Positions 33,774-44,117 of a stretch of 64,000 bases of DNA are shown piece by piece (the first letter of the stretch is position 1; the number at the start of each line of letters is the position of its first letter). This DNA is from Candidatus Limnocylindrales bacterium (GTDB lineage Bacteria > Chloroflexota > Limnocylindria > Limnocylindrales > CSP1-4). The notes beneath the pieces were generated by a model. That model saw nothing but the letters and a program-made list of their open reading frames with translations. It ran no database searches and had not been told where the DNA came from. The translations under genes were made by a program, and so were the position numbers. Location of the stretch: assembly GCA_050014975.1 (NCBI GenBank), contig JBEKCH010000007.1, forward strand, positions 3,785 to 67,784. The letters run 5' to 3'.

Positions 33774-34415
33774 GTGATCCAGGTGACAGGTAAGCCGTCC
33801 AGCGACGCTCACGAGAACTCCCGATGGCGGCGCTGGCTCCCGCTTCTTCTTCTGCTGCTGCTCGTGATCGCGCTGGCGTGGACGTGCCGTGGCGCCGTCG
33901 ACACTTGCCCGCAAGGCAGGTCGCCGGCGCCTTCCGTCGCCGCGTCCAGCGCGACCTCCTTCGGCTCGCCGATCGTCTCGACCCCGGCACCGACCGCGAT
34001 CGTCGCGACTCCTGCACCGTCCGTGATCGGCGGTGGGAGCGGCATACCTCAGGCCGGTGGATCCGACTTCAAGATCACGGGTAGCGGTGTGAGAAACCTC
34101 GTGCCCGGCGTGACGAAAACGATCGCGCTCACGCTGACCAACCCGAACGGCATCCCGATCTACGTCACCGCCTTGACCGTGACCGTGTCGGCGGGCAGCA
34201 CTCCGCCCGGCTGCGCCAGCGAGGGCAACCTCCGGATCACCCAGTCGAACGCATCGGGCGCCGACCCGATCGCCATCCCCGCGAACGGCAGCGTGACCCT
34301 GACGAGCCCACCGCGCGCGCCGCGGATCACGCTCCTCAACCTGCCGGCCGTGAACCAGGACGCCTGCAAGAACAAGACCTTCGTCCTGACCTACAGCGGG
34401 AGTGCCCATTCGTGA
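33774..34415 (+). CDS. membrane-anchored or secreted paralogue (shared YVT...QDACK domain)
   Basis: Has a poly-Leu hydrophobic N-terminus and a Pro/Ala/Ser linker. The blocks [17 protein letters not shown]...C...[16 protein letters not shown] align to the previous protein. Confidence 0.55.
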   Translation: MIQVTGKPSSDAHENSRWRRWLPLLLLLLLVIALAWTCRGAVDTCPQGRSPAPSVAASSATSFGSPIVSTPAPTAIVATPAPSVIGGGSGIPQAGGSDFKITGSGVRNLVPGVTKTIALTLTNPNGIPIYVTALTVTVSAGSTPPGCASEGNLRITQSNASGADPIAIPANGSVTLTSPPRAPRITLLNLPAVNQDACKNKTFVLTYSGSAHS

Positions 34416-35173
34416 ACTCGGCGGCCGTCTCTCGGAAGCGCAAGCGGCTGTTCGGGAAGAGCAGGTGGCTTTCCGTGCTGGCCGGCCTGGCATTGGCGCT
34501 CGGGTCGGCCACGAATGTCGGTGCCTACTGGACATCGCCCGGTACCGGCAGCGGCAGCGGTAAGTCCGGAACGCTCGCCGCTACCTCGGTCAGGGCCACT
34601 CAGGGGTCCGGAGCGACGGCGATTCTAACCTGGAGCGCCGTCACGCCGCCGGGATCGGGCTCCGTTTCCTACTACGTGCTGAGGGATGGCGGGAGTCCCG
34701 CCGGAAACTGCCCGACCCAGGCGGCGCCGACCTCGGTTCTCACGTGCACCGATAGCGGGCTGAGCAACGGCACCCACAGCTACACGGTGACGGTGCTCTA
34801 CCACTCCTGGACGGCAACGAGCTCACCGGCGACGGTCACCATCAATCCAACCGTGGCGTTCGCCAGTGAAGCCGCGCCCAGTGGCGACGGCAACCTGTAT
34901 GACACGATCAGCGGGACGGGCTTCCTGCCCGGCAAGAAGCTCGTCATCATCACCTACGAGTTCGGCACCAACATCCCGATCGCTCTCGGTGACTACGGCC
35001 TGAACCCGACCTCCGCCGCGGACGGGACGTTCACCGTCTCGTTCGAGGAGAACTGCATAGACGGGGCTGGTGTCCAGCAGACGACCGATCTGGCGGTGAC
35101 CGTCACGGCGACGGACGGCACGAACAACGCGATCGGTGGGGGCACCATCGTCTGCAGCCAGTATCGCCACTAG
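34412..35173 (+). CDS. secreted protein with AYWT-type signal end and Fn3/Ig-like repeats
   Basis: The GTG start overlaps the upstream stop. The N-terminus ...[23 protein letters not shown] parallels the first gene. ILTWSAV...YYVLRDG...YTVTVLY is Fn3-like. Confidence 0.55.
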   Translation: MNSAAVSRKRKRLFGKSRWLSVLAGLALALGSATNVGAYWTSPGTGSGSGKSGTLAATSVRATQGSGATAILTWSAVTPPGSGSVSYYVLRDGGSPAGNCPTQAAPTSVLTCTDSGLSNGTHSYTVTVLYHSWTATSSPATVTINPTVAFASEAAPSGDGNLYDTISGTGFLPGKKLVIITYEFGTNIPIALGDYGLNPTSAADGTFTVSFEENCIDGAGVQQTTDLAVTVTATDGTNNAIGGGTIVCSQYRH

Positions 35174-35328
35174 TCCGGCCGGCCGTATCCTGGTCGTCAA
35201 GGGCGAATCGCCCACGGCGACGTCGCAGTACGACATACTCGTCGCCTGCGACACGACGACTATCCTTCGGCCCTTCAGCTCGGTCAGGCTGGGCGTCCGC
35301 TGGGCGGATCGGACGGGCGGAATCCATC

Positions 35329-37014
35329 TTGCGGGCGCGGTGCCAGAGCGAGGTCAGGGTGATCGGAGAGACTCTCTCGACTGAGGCGGAGCGAGTCCGT
35401 CGACGCGCGGCCGGCCTGGCCGGCGGGCTTTCGCGAGCGGCACGGCGCTCCGCGACGATCGCCCAGGAACGGGCCGTGTTGCGAATGCTCGGAGTCGATG
35501 GGCTGGATGGGGCCGGCCACCCGCTGGCGGCGTCGCTCGTCGAGCGCTACTGCGGATCCGATCGAGGGCGCCTGGCCCGGGGCGCGATCCTGCCGTTCGC
35601 GGTGGCTCTGCTCGAATACGACCTGTCGCCCCGCGACCTGGCTCTCGAGGTGGTTTCGGGGGCGATCGACCTGGGGCTGGAGGCCGAGCTGCTCGAGCGA
35701 CCCGATCGACTCGCCGCCGCCGAGACGCACGCGGCAGGGCTGCTGGCCGCGGCGCTGGCCCGCTTCGACGCCAACCGGACTGCCGCCCGCGACATGCGGG
35801 ACGTGCTGGGCCAGGCCGAAGAGCCCTGGCTCGGGGTGGCCCTGGGCGCGGACGAGATCGGCCCGGCTGCCGAGGAGGCCAGGATGCTGCTGGCCGAGGG
35901 TGCGGATGTCGTGCTGATCAGGGTGCCGGCGAGCTGGGAGTTCGCCGAAGCCCGCCGGCAGGCGGGCCTGGAGATGACGGGCCTCTTCGATTTCCGCCAG
36001 TCGGGCGGCTCCGACGGACGGGGCTCGGCCGCGAGTAAGTCCGCTCGGCAGCGTGGCGGACGACCACGTGCGCCGCTCCCGCCGCGGATCGAGCGCGATC
36101 TCGTCCCGGCCGGCAGCCAGCGCGGCCTGGCGGAGCTGCGCAGGGCGGTGGATGAGGCGGCGGCCGAACGGGGCTGTTACGCCAGCCTGATGACGGAGAC
36201 CTCCGCCTTTGCCGCGCCGGAGCAGGCCGTGGTCGCGGCCTTCGAGCGAATCGACCTGGTCAAGGCGGACCCGATCCGCGAGATCGTCGAGGACAACGTC
36301 GATCCCGACCGCGCGCTCGCGGACCACGCCTTCGCTCATCGGCTCCACGCCCGAGCGGGCTCCCGGGTGGTGATGGGCCCCGGGCCGCTGGCACTCGGCG
36401 CGGACGTGGCGAGCGGCATCCCCGCCAGCGCGGCCGTTCGCGCGGGACGCGCCCTCGCGCTGCAGGCGCTGGGCGTGGAGCTGGCGCTGGCCGACGGCCT
36501 TCCCGCGAACCGGCTCCTGCTGGGCGCCGTCCCGGACTGGGTGGCACAGGATCGCAACCATCGCTCGATCCTGGTCCAGGCCTGGCTGCGGCACCTCGTC
36601 TTTCCGGACCACCGCCTGGTGGTCGAAGAGCCGCTCTGCGAGGTTCAGCCGCGCGGTCGGGACTCAGCGCTGGTCGCGGCGCTGTCGGGCGCGCCGGCGG
36701 CGCTGGTGATCCGGGACCGGGACGCCGGCCGCGTTGCCGATTCGGCCGCCGACCTGGGCGCGGCCGCCGCCGCCGCGGCGGCGTTGCGGGCGGCACTGGG
36801 CGTCGCCGAGCTGCACGGCGACGCGGCGGAGCTGGCGGTGAGCATCCTCCAGGCGGCAGACGCGGCCCTGGAGCAGCTGACCGGCGAGGGGTGGGGGAGC
36901 CTGCTCGGGCCCGCCGGGAGCGGTCAGGAGGTCGAACGGCTCGGCCGCGCCGCGGTCGTCGAGCGGGCCACGGGCCCGACTTCCGGGGAGAGGCTGCTGG
37001 AGGGACTGGCGTAG
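35329..37014 (+). CDS. hypothetical protein, possibly lysine-5,6-aminomutase-alpha-like TIM-barrel family (weak recollection)
   Basis: 561 aa. The N-terminal block QERAVLRMLGVDG and the ADVVLIRVP segment recall that family. No partner subunit gene is nearby. The start is uncertain. Confidence 0.3.
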   Translation: MRARCQSEVRVIGETLSTEAERVRRRAAGLAGGLSRAARRSATIAQERAVLRMLGVDGLDGAGHPLAASLVERYCGSDRGRLARGAILPFAVALLEYDLSPRDLALEVVSGAIDLGLEAELLERPDRLAAAETHAAGLLAAALARFDANRTAARDMRDVLGQAEEPWLGVALGADEIGPAAEEARMLLAEGADVVLIRVPASWEFAEARRQAGLEMTGLFDFRQSGGSDGRGSAASKSARQRGGRPRAPLPPRIERDLVPAGSQRGLAELRRAVDEAAAERGCYASLMTETSAFAAPEQAVVAAFERIDLVKADPIREIVEDNVDPDRALADHAFAHRLHARAGSRVVMGPGPLALGADVASGIPASAAVRAGRALALQALGVELALADGLPANRLLLGAVPDWVAQDRNHRSILVQAWLRHLVFPDHRLVVEEPLCEVQPRGRDSALVAALSGAPAALVIRDRDAGRVADSAADLGAAAAAAAALRAALGVAELHGDAAELAVSILQAADAALEQLTGEGWGSLLGPAGSGQEVERLGRAAVVERATGPTSGERLLEGLA

Positions 37015-37066
37015 GCCAGCCGGCCTCTGCCTCGAGCCCGACGCCTCCTCCCACCGCTCCGGCCCG

Positions 37067-38050
37067 GTGCTAACATGCGCCGGGGTTGGCGGAGAGTCGG
37101 CAAGAGGAGAGACCCTGAACAGTTCCAGCGAGCGTACGGTGGCGCTCGTCGGCCGGCGCGTGCCGGTCACCTACATCCTCGCCGTGATCGCCGCCGTGGC
37201 CACCTGGCTCTTCATCGTCGCCTGGTGCGAGCCTTACGGTCGATGGCCGGGCACCGCTATGGATGCCCACGCCTACTGGTCGGCGCCGGGTGGCCCCGAC
37301 CCATATGCCATCGCGTCCGTCGGCCACCCCAACGCCTACCTGTATTCGCCGGTCTTCCTGCAGCTGCTCTGGCCGATGCGGCTCCTGTCGTGGCAGGGCT
37401 TCGTCGCTGTCTGGGCCCTCTTCCCGCTCGCCGCTCTGGCCTACCTGACCGGCCCACGCCTCTTCCTGCTCGGGCTTGCCTTGACCTTCACCGAAGTGGC
37501 TGGCGGCAACATCGAGCTGCTGATCGGAGTCGCCATCGTCCTCGGTTTCCGCTGGCCGGCGGCCTGGTGCGTCGTGCTGCTGACCAAGGTCACGCCGGGG
37601 CTGGGGCTGCTCTGGTTCGTCGTCCGCCGGGAGTGGCGCTCGCTTATCGTCGCCCTGGCTGCGACTGCGGCGGTGGTGGCGGTCTCATATGCGATACAGC
37701 CCGAGGCATGGGTCCGCTGGCTTCAGGTCCTCACCTCGAACACCGGTGCGACCAATGGCACCTGGGCCGCGATACCCATTCCGTTCATCGTCCGCTGCCC
37801 GTTTGCCGTCGTCGTTGTTGTTTGGGGCGCCCGCACGAACCGCCGCTGGACGGTCCCCATCTCGGCCATGCTGGCCCTGCCGGCGCTGTGGTACGGCGGC
37901 CTGAGCATCATCATCGCCACGCTGCCGCTGCTCGGGGCGCGGACGTGGGGCGAGCTCCGCCAGGTCCTGGGTCGCGGCTGGGCCGAGCTCGCCGGGGAGC
38001 TGAGAGCCGCCCATCGAGCGATCGGCCGGCGGTTCCTGGAGGCGGAGTGA
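37067..38050 (+). CDS. polytopic membrane protein, GT87/DUF2029-like glycosyltransferase (tentative)
   Basis: Has multiple hydrophobic spans and the DAHAYW...AYLYSPVFLQLLWP pattern typical of DUF2029. The start is uncertain. Confidence 0.45.
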   Translation: MLTCAGVGGESARGETLNSSSERTVALVGRRVPVTYILAVIAAVATWLFIVAWCEPYGRWPGTAMDAHAYWSAPGGPDPYAIASVGHPNAYLYSPVFLQLLWPMRLLSWQGFVAVWALFPLAALAYLTGPRLFLLGLALTFTEVAGGNIELLIGVAIVLGFRWPAAWCVVLLTKVTPGLGLLWFVVRREWRSLIVALAATAAVVAVSYAIQPEAWVRWLQVLTSNTGATNGTWAAIPIPFIVRCPFAVVVVVWGARTNRRWTVPISAMLALPALWYGGLSIIIATLPLLGARTWGELRQVLGRGWAELAGELRAAHRAIGRRFLEAE

Positions 38051-38176
38051 AGGCGTGCGACCGGCTCGCGAGGTGTGGCTGGATCGCGGCCCCGACCCGC
38101 ACACCCGGCGCTCGCTTCCGCGTCCTCGTAGGATTGCCTCAACAGCGTCCAGGTTCGAATCGGGAGGAGACATCCG

Positions 38177-38851
38177 GTGCCTGATCCGTCTCAATCGCCG
38201 GTCCGTGACACCGTCTGGCCGACTCTTCACGTGTCGCGGCATCCGGCCATCCTGCACAAGCTCCGGATCCTGCGGGACGAGCGGACCGAGCCCAAGAAGT
38301 TCCGCGAGGTCGTCCGCGAGCTATCGTGGCTGCTCGGCTACGAGGCCCTGGCCGATGTCGAGGTGCGCCCACTCTCCGTTACGACGCCGCTCGAGACCAC
38401 CGATGCTTACGAGCTCGGCGTTCGCATCGGACTCGTTCCGATCCTGCGCGCCGGCCTGGGCATGGTCGACGCGATGCTGGAGCTGATGCCCACGGCCGAG
38501 GTCTGGCACCTGGGCCTGTTCCGCGACGAGCGCACTCTCCGCCCGGTCGAGTACTACAACAAGCTGCCCGACTCGGCGTCGGTGGACCTGTGCCTGATCC
38601 TGGATCCGATGCTCGCCACCGGCGGCTCCGCCACGGCCGCGATCGAGGTCCTGAAGCGCTGGGGCGCGACGCGGATCAAGCTCGTGAACCTGATCGTGGC
38701 GCCGGAAGGGGTGAACGTCATCACCGCGGCTCACCCGGACGTGGAGATCTACTGCGCGGCCGTGGACCGCCAGCTCAACGACCGCGGCTACATCATGCCC
38801 GGCCTGGGCGACGCCGGCGATCGCCAGTTCGGCACCGGTCGCACGCCGTAG
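38177..38851 (+). CDS. upp: uracil phosphoribosyltransferase
   Basis: Has [27 protein letters not shown] and [12 protein letters not shown]. Confidence 0.9.
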   Translation: MPDPSQSPVRDTVWPTLHVSRHPAILHKLRILRDERTEPKKFREVVRELSWLLGYEALADVEVRPLSVTTPLETTDAYELGVRIGLVPILRAGLGMVDAMLELMPTAEVWHLGLFRDERTLRPVEYYNKLPDSASVDLCLILDPMLATGGSATAAIEVLKRWGATRIKLVNLIVAPEGVNVITAAHPDVEIYCAAVDRQLNDRGYIMPGLGDAGDRQFGTGRTP

Positions 38852-38938
38852 CGCTCGATAGCGCGCGGCGGGCCGATTTCGGTGGCCCGCGGCAGCCTGC
38901 TCCATGGCCGTGCCCGAAACCGCTAGCATCACGCTGAT

Positions 38939-41677
38939 ATGTCGTCCAAACCTGCTCCTGCGGATTCCACGGCGCCGCCGGTGTCGGGCGGATCGAGCCC
39001 GGTCGACTCGGTCCCGATCGGCCCGCCGCAGAGTGGTCTGACTTCGGCCGAAGCCGCCCAACGGCTCAGACAGGACGGGCCCAACGCCCTGGGCGCCGAA
39101 GGCCGCCGTGGGCCGCTGGCCGTCCTGATCGGCCAGTTCGCCAGCCCGCTGGTCCTGATCCTCGTTGCCGCCAGCTTCGTGAGCATTGTCGTCGGCGATC
39201 GCGTGGAGGCCGGCATCATCCTGACAATCGTGGCCATGAGCGCGCTGCTGGGCTTCGTCCAGGAGGCCCGCTCAGAAGCGGCCGTGGCCGCGCTCCAGGC
39301 CCGCCTGGCGTTGCGCGCGACGGTAATCCGGGACGGCAAACAGCAGGACATCCTGATCCACGACGTCGTCCGCGGCGACGTCGTGGTCCTGGGCGCCGGC
39401 GACATCGTCCCGGCGGACGTGCGCCTGCTCGAGGCCAACCACCTGTTCGTGGACGAGTCGTCGCTCACTGGCGAGTCGGCGGCGTCGCTCAAGAACCCTA
39501 TGTCGGGAGATCTCGATCCCGACAAGGAGGACGATCGGGCCGGGCTGGGCTTCTTCGGGACGAGCGTGGTGAGCGGCACCGGAAAGGCCGTGGTCACCGC
39601 GACAGGAGCCAAGACGAGCTACGGGACGATCGCCCACCGGCTGGCCGAGCGCGCCCCCGAGACCGATTTTCAGCACGGCGTCCGCGCCTTCAGTCTGCTG
39701 ATCGGCCGAGTCACACTGATCCTCGTGGTCGGCGTCTTCGCCATCAACGTGGCCCTCCGGCGGCCGCTCTTCGACGCGCTGCTCTTCTCCATCGCCCTGG
39801 CCGTCGGCCTGACGCCCGAGCTGCTGCCGGCCATCGTCACGCTCAACCTGACTCGCGGCGCCCGCGCCCTGACGGCGCACGGCGTCCTGGTCAAGCGGCT
39901 GCCGGCGATCCAGAACCTCGGCAGCGTCACGGTTCTTTGTACGGACAAGACAGGCACCCTGACCCTCGGCAAGCTGGAACTGGTCAAGGCCGTCGGAATA
40001 GACAAGGACGATGCCGGCGAGGCCTCCCACGCCCTCGAACTGGCCTATTTGAACAGCCACTTCGAGTCGAGCTTCCAGAACCCCCTGGACACGGCGGTGC
40101 TGGCGAGCGCGCCCAAGCCGGCCGACCTGGGCGTCTATCGGAAGCTCGCCGAGCTTCCGTACGACTTCAACCGGCGAATGCTGAGCGTGGTCGTCCAGCG
40201 CGCGGACGAGCCACCGCTGCTCGTGACGAAGGGTGCACCCGAGGCGGTCGTGGCAGCCTCGAGCAGCGTCAGGGAGGACCACGCCGCGCGCGCTATCCAC
40301 AAGGCGGAGCACGATCGGCTGGCCAGGCTCGTCAATGGCGCCTCTGCCGACGGCTTCCGTTTGGTCGCCGTCGCGTCGAGGGTGCTAAGGCCCGACGAGT
40401 TGACCGGTCTGTCTGCCCGGGCTCCGGCGGCGAGCGCTCGGGCTTCAACTGCGAAGGCTCCGGCTACCGCCACGAAGGCTTCGGCTCCGGCCGTAGCAAT
40501 CGCCCTTGCCGATGCCTCGCGCCTGGAGCGGGACCTCACCTTCGAGGGCGTCATCCTCTTCAGCGACCCGCCCAAGCCGGACGTCGGCCAGGCGATCACG
40601 TCGCTGGCCAACCAGGGGATCGCCCTCAAGATCATCACCGGTGACAACGACCTGGTGGCTCGCCACGTGGCGGGGCTCGTTGGGTTGAAGGTCGACGGCG
40701 TCCTGACCGGCGATCAGATGCGGAAGCTGACCCACCCCGCGCTGGTGGCCCGGGCGCCCCGCACCACGATCTTCGCCCGCGTCGATCCGGATCAGAAGCT
40801 GCAGGTCATCCGAGCCCTGCGCGAGTCCGGTCACGTCGTGGGCTACATGGGCGACGGCATCAACGACGCCCCGGCGCTTCACGTGGCGGACGTAGGGATC
40901 AGCGTCGACAACGCCACCGACGTGGCCCGTTCCGCGGCCGACATCATCCTTCTGGAGCCGAGCCTGGCGGCGATCAGCCAGGGCGTGACCGAAGGCCGGC
41001 GGACGTTCGCCAACACGCTCAAGTACATCCGCATGGGCACGAGCTCGAACTTCGGCAACATGATCAGCATGGCTGGGGCAGCGGCCCTGCTGCCCTTCCT
41101 GCCGATGACACCGGGCCAGATCTTGCTCAACAACCTCATCTACGACGCTTCGCAGACGGCGATTCCGACGGACAACGTGGACGCGGATGTGCAGGCCGAG
41201 CCGGCCCGCTGGGATGTCCATGCCATCGAACGGTTCATGGTCGTCTTCGGGCCCGTCTCGTCGATCTTCGACTACATCACCTTCGGCGTGCTGCTCCTGA
41301 TGCTCGGCAACAACGCGGATTCGTTCCACACCGGCTGGTTCGTGGAGTCGCTCTTCACCCAGATCCTGGTCGTGCTGGTCATCCGGACGCGTCTCACGCC
41401 GTTCTGGCGGAGCCGCCCGAGCAAGCAGCTCGCGGCGGCGATCGCGGCGGCGCTCGTCGTTACGGTGATCATCCCGCTGAGTCCGCTCGGATCGGTGATC
41501 GGCTTCGGGGCGTTGCCGTGGCAGTTCTGGCTGCTGGTCGTGCCGATCGTCGCCGCCTACCTGACACTCGTGGAGCTGACCAAGTACTGGTTCGACCGGC
41601 GCGAGGCGCGGCGGCCCGAGGCGGTCGCCCGTCACTCGGCCAGGACGCTGCGCCGGTCGAGCGCCTCGAGCCAGTAG
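38939..41677 (+). CDS. mgtA: magnesium-translocating P-type ATPase
   Basis: Has PELLPAIVT...VKRLPAIQNLGSVTVLCTDKTGTLT, TGDN and GDGINDAPAL. 912 aa, with an Ala-rich insert. Confidence 0.8.
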   Translation: MSSKPAPADSTAPPVSGGSSPVDSVPIGPPQSGLTSAEAAQRLRQDGPNALGAEGRRGPLAVLIGQFASPLVLILVAASFVSIVVGDRVEAGIILTIVAMSALLGFVQEARSEAAVAALQARLALRATVIRDGKQQDILIHDVVRGDVVVLGAGDIVPADVRLLEANHLFVDESSLTGESAASLKNPMSGDLDPDKEDDRAGLGFFGTSVVSGTGKAVVTATGAKTSYGTIAHRLAERAPETDFQHGVRAFSLLIGRVTLILVVGVFAINVALRRPLFDALLFSIALAVGLTPELLPAIVTLNLTRGARALTAHGVLVKRLPAIQNLGSVTVLCTDKTGTLTLGKLELVKAVGIDKDDAGEASHALELAYLNSHFESSFQNPLDTAVLASAPKPADLGVYRKLAELPYDFNRRMLSVVVQRADEPPLLVTKGAPEAVVAASSSVREDHAARAIHKAEHDRLARLVNGASADGFRLVAVASRVLRPDELTGLSARAPAASARASTAKAPATATKASAPAVAIALADASRLERDLTFEGVILFSDPPKPDVGQAITSLANQGIALKIITGDNDLVARHVAGLVGLKVDGVLTGDQMRKLTHPALVARAPRTTIFARVDPDQKLQVIRALRESGHVVGYMGDGINDAPALHVADVGISVDNATDVARSAADIILLEPSLAAISQGVTEGRRTFANTLKYIRMGTSSNFGNMISMAGAAALLPFLPMTPGQILLNNLIYDASQTAIPTDNVDADVQAEPARWDVHAIERFMVVFGPVSSIFDYITFGVLLLMLGNNADSFHTGWFVESLFTQILVVLVIRTRLTPFWRSRPSKQLAAAIAAALVVTVIIPLSPLGSVIGFGALPWQFWLLVVPIVAAYLTLVELTKYWFDRREARRPEAVARHSARTLRRSSASSQ

Positions 41678-42546
41678 TCGACCGAGGCGGCCAGGTCGCC
41701 GAGCACGGCCGCATCCTCCTGCTCGAAGGCCGGGATGATCTCGAGGATCAGGGCCAGCTCCTCCACGCCGCTCTCGCCCAGGGCGTCGATGACGCGATCG
41801 GCCTCGATGCGGCCGCGGGCGTTGGCGGCGGGAGTGAAGGGCCAGTGGTGGTCGCCCTCGGCGTCGGACTGCTGGAGCTGGACCTCGAAGGCGACCCTGC
41901 CCAGCTCGCTCAGCCAGGCGTACGGATCGCGGTCGGCGCCGGCGCTGCCCGGAACGCACATGTGGCCCACGTCCAGGGCAAGACGGATCGGAGCGTGGCC
42001 GCCATCGCCTTCGGTCACCAGGTCCTGGATCATGGCCATCGTCGAGGGTTCGCGGGCCGCGGCCAGGTTTTCGACCAGCAGCGCCTGCTGGCCGTGGGCG
42101 CGAGCGTCGGCGGTGAGGCGATGGAGCGCGGTCCGAAGCCCCTCCCATCGCTCCGTGCGCCGCGCCGGGTCGTGCCAGTCGCTCACCGAGAAGGCGCCCA
42201 CGTGTCCGCCCGTGGCAACCGCCCCCAGGCTTTCGCTGAAGGCGATGGCCCGGCGGAACCATTCCTCGGCGTGGTCGCGGCCGCCGGCATCGGGGCCGAG
42301 CAAGAGGTTCGACGAGTAGGCAGCGAGGCCGGTGAAGGTCGAACGGACCTTCAGAGCGAAGGGCCCGGCGGCCGCCGTCACCTCGGCGGCCTGCTCGGGG
42401 ATCGAGCCGCTGGCGAGGTCGACCAGGTCGAAGGAGTGCTCGACCAGAGAAAGACCCAGCCGGTCGCCGACGATCGGCGCCCAATCGGTCGCCAGGGGCC
42501 AGCGCTTGACCGCGAAGCAGGTGTTGATCCCGAGCTCGAGTCGCAT
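41632..42546 (-). CDS. sugar phosphate isomerase/epimerase (xylose-isomerase-like TIM barrel)
   Basis: 304 aa. The family pattern (ENL..., HVGH/DVGH metal ligands) was recognised by eye. It is the last gene of the DeoR-linked operon. Confidence 0.55.
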   Translation of the reverse strand: MRLELGINTCFAVKRWPLATDWAPIVGDRLGLSLVEHSFDLVDLASGSIPEQAAEVTAAAGPFALKVRSTFTGLAAYSSNLLLGPDAGGRDHAEEWFRRAIAFSESLGAVATGGHVGAFSVSDWHDPARRTERWEGLRTALHRLTADARAHGQQALLVENLAAAREPSTMAMIQDLVTEGDGGHAPIRLALDVGHMCVPGSAGADRDPYAWLSELGRVAFEVQLQQSDAEGDHHWPFTPAANARGRIEADRVIDALGESGVEELALILEIIPAFEQEDAAVLGDLAASVDYWLEALDRRSVLAE

Positions 42547-42576
42547 CTTCGAACTCCGTTCTGTGGGCCGGTCCGG

Positions 42577-44115
42577 TCAGCCTGCTGAGTCGCCGCTGCG
42601 CCGAACGACCGCCGAGGCCGCCAGTTCCTCATAGGCGCGGTAGGTCTCGTCATAAGTTGAGCGAGTCGCGGCGGAGGGCTCGATCGGGGGCTCGGGCCGG
42701 ACACAGCGGGCGATCGCCTCGTTCACGTCCCGATAGACCCCGGCCCCGATCCCGGCCAGCATCGCCACGCCAGTGGTGGCCGCGTCGCCGGGGATCGGCC
42801 TCACGGGGAGGCCGGTGACGTCGGCCTTGATCCGGTTCCACGTCGCCAGCCGCGTGTCGCCGCCCGACACGCGCAGCTCCGTGACCGGGGCGCCGGCTCG
42901 GCGCAGCAGCTCCAGCTGGCTCCGGATCGCGAAGGCCGCACCCTCCAGCATCGCCCGGGCCAGGACCGCCCGGCCGTGCCGCTGCGAGAGCCCCGTGAAG
43001 GCCGCTCGCAGCTCCGCGTCGGTGCGCTCGCCGTCGCCCAGGACCGGCAGAGCGAGCACCCCGTCGGCGCCAGCGGGTACCGCCGCGGCCTCGGCGTCCA
43101 GGGCCACGTAGTCCGGCCCGCTCGCATGGCCTGAGCGACCGCCGTACAGCAGGTCGGCCAGCCACGCCACCGCGGCGCCGGTCGTGTTGATCCCCGTCTC
43201 GGTCGTGAACGTGCCGAGAATCACGTGCGGGTAGTGGGTGATGAGCAGCTCCGCCAGCGGCTCGCGGACCACGGAGTTGAGGCACGTCGAGGAGCCGGCC
43301 ATCTCGCTCACCGGTCCCGGCTCCACGACGCCTGCTCCGAGGGCGCAGGCCTGGGAGTCGGCGCCGCCCAGGACGACCGGCACCGGGCCGGCCCCGAACC
43401 GCCGGACCAGCGCCGGCCGCAGCTCGCCGATCACTTCGGCCGAGCGGCGAACCGGGGGGACCGCGCCCGCGTCGATGTCCAGTGCCGCCAGCATCTCCGC
43501 GCTCCAGCAGCCGGCGCGCAAGTCGTAGAGAAGGGTCGCGGCGGCGTGAGTGCCGTCCGTGGCGGCGACTCCGGTGAGTGCCTCGACCGCCAGATCGCGC
43601 GGCTGGAGGAACAGCGGGTCGCGGGCCCAGATATCCGGCCGGTGGCGCCGCAGCCACAGCATCTTGGGGGCGATGTGGAAGGCCGAGGGCAGGTGGCCCG
43701 TGAGCGAGTGGATCCGCTCGTCGCCGAAGCGCTCCCGCAGCCCGGCGGCCTCGGCCGTGGCACGGTTGTCGCGGTACATCAGCCCGGGCCCGAGCGGCTC
43801 GCAGTGGCGATCCACGGGCACGACGGACGGGCACTGTCCGGTAAGGCCGATGGCGCGGATCCTGACGCCCCGGCGCGGGCCGCTGCCCGGGCCGGCCCCG
43901 CCGCTCAGCAGCCGGCGGATCGCCTCCCCCAGCGCCCCCAGCGCCGCGGACCGCCACAGCCTGGCGTCCTGCTCGGCCCAGCCCGGCTCGGGAGTTTCGA
44001 TGGGGTAGCCGCGGCGGACCTCGAGCAGCCGGTGCCCGTCCAGGTCGAAGGCGACCGCTCGCGCGCCGGACGTTCCGACGTCGATCGCCAGGAGCACCTC
44101 GTTCGGAGCCGCCAT
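42577..44115 (-). CDS. FGGY-family carbohydrate kinase
   Basis: Has LAIDVGTSGARAVAF, EPGWAEQD and GGADSQACALGAG. The internal ATG at 44115 (MAAPNEV) was chosen. Confidence 0.75.
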   Translation of the reverse strand: MAAPNEVLLAIDVGTSGARAVAFDLDGHRLLEVRRGYPIETPEPGWAEQDARLWRSAALGALGEAIRRLLSGGAGPGSGPRRGVRIRAIGLTGQCPSVVPVDRHCEPLGPGLMYRDNRATAEAAGLRERFGDERIHSLTGHLPSAFHIAPKMLWLRRHRPDIWARDPLFLQPRDLAVEALTGVAATDGTHAAATLLYDLRAGCWSAEMLAALDIDAGAVPPVRRSAEVIGELRPALVRRFGAGPVPVVLGGADSQACALGAGVVEPGPVSEMAGSSTCLNSVVREPLAELLITHYPHVILGTFTTETGINTTGAAVAWLADLLYGGRSGHASGPDYVALDAEAAAVPAGADGVLALPVLGDGERTDAELRAAFTGLSQRHGRAVLARAMLEGAAFAIRSQLELLRRAGAPVTELRVSGGDTRLATWNRIKADVTGLPVRPIPGDAATTGVAMLAGIGAGVYRDVNEAIARCVRPEPPIEPSAATRSTYDETYRAYEELAASAVVRRSGDSAG

Positions 44116-44117
44116 CG

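Noticed and set aside
38852-38938. Possible M-box (Mg2+) riboswitch upstream of mgtA.
   Set aside because: Only 87 nt separate upp from mgtA, which is too short for an M-box aptamer plus expression platform. No conserved M-box-like helices were seen.
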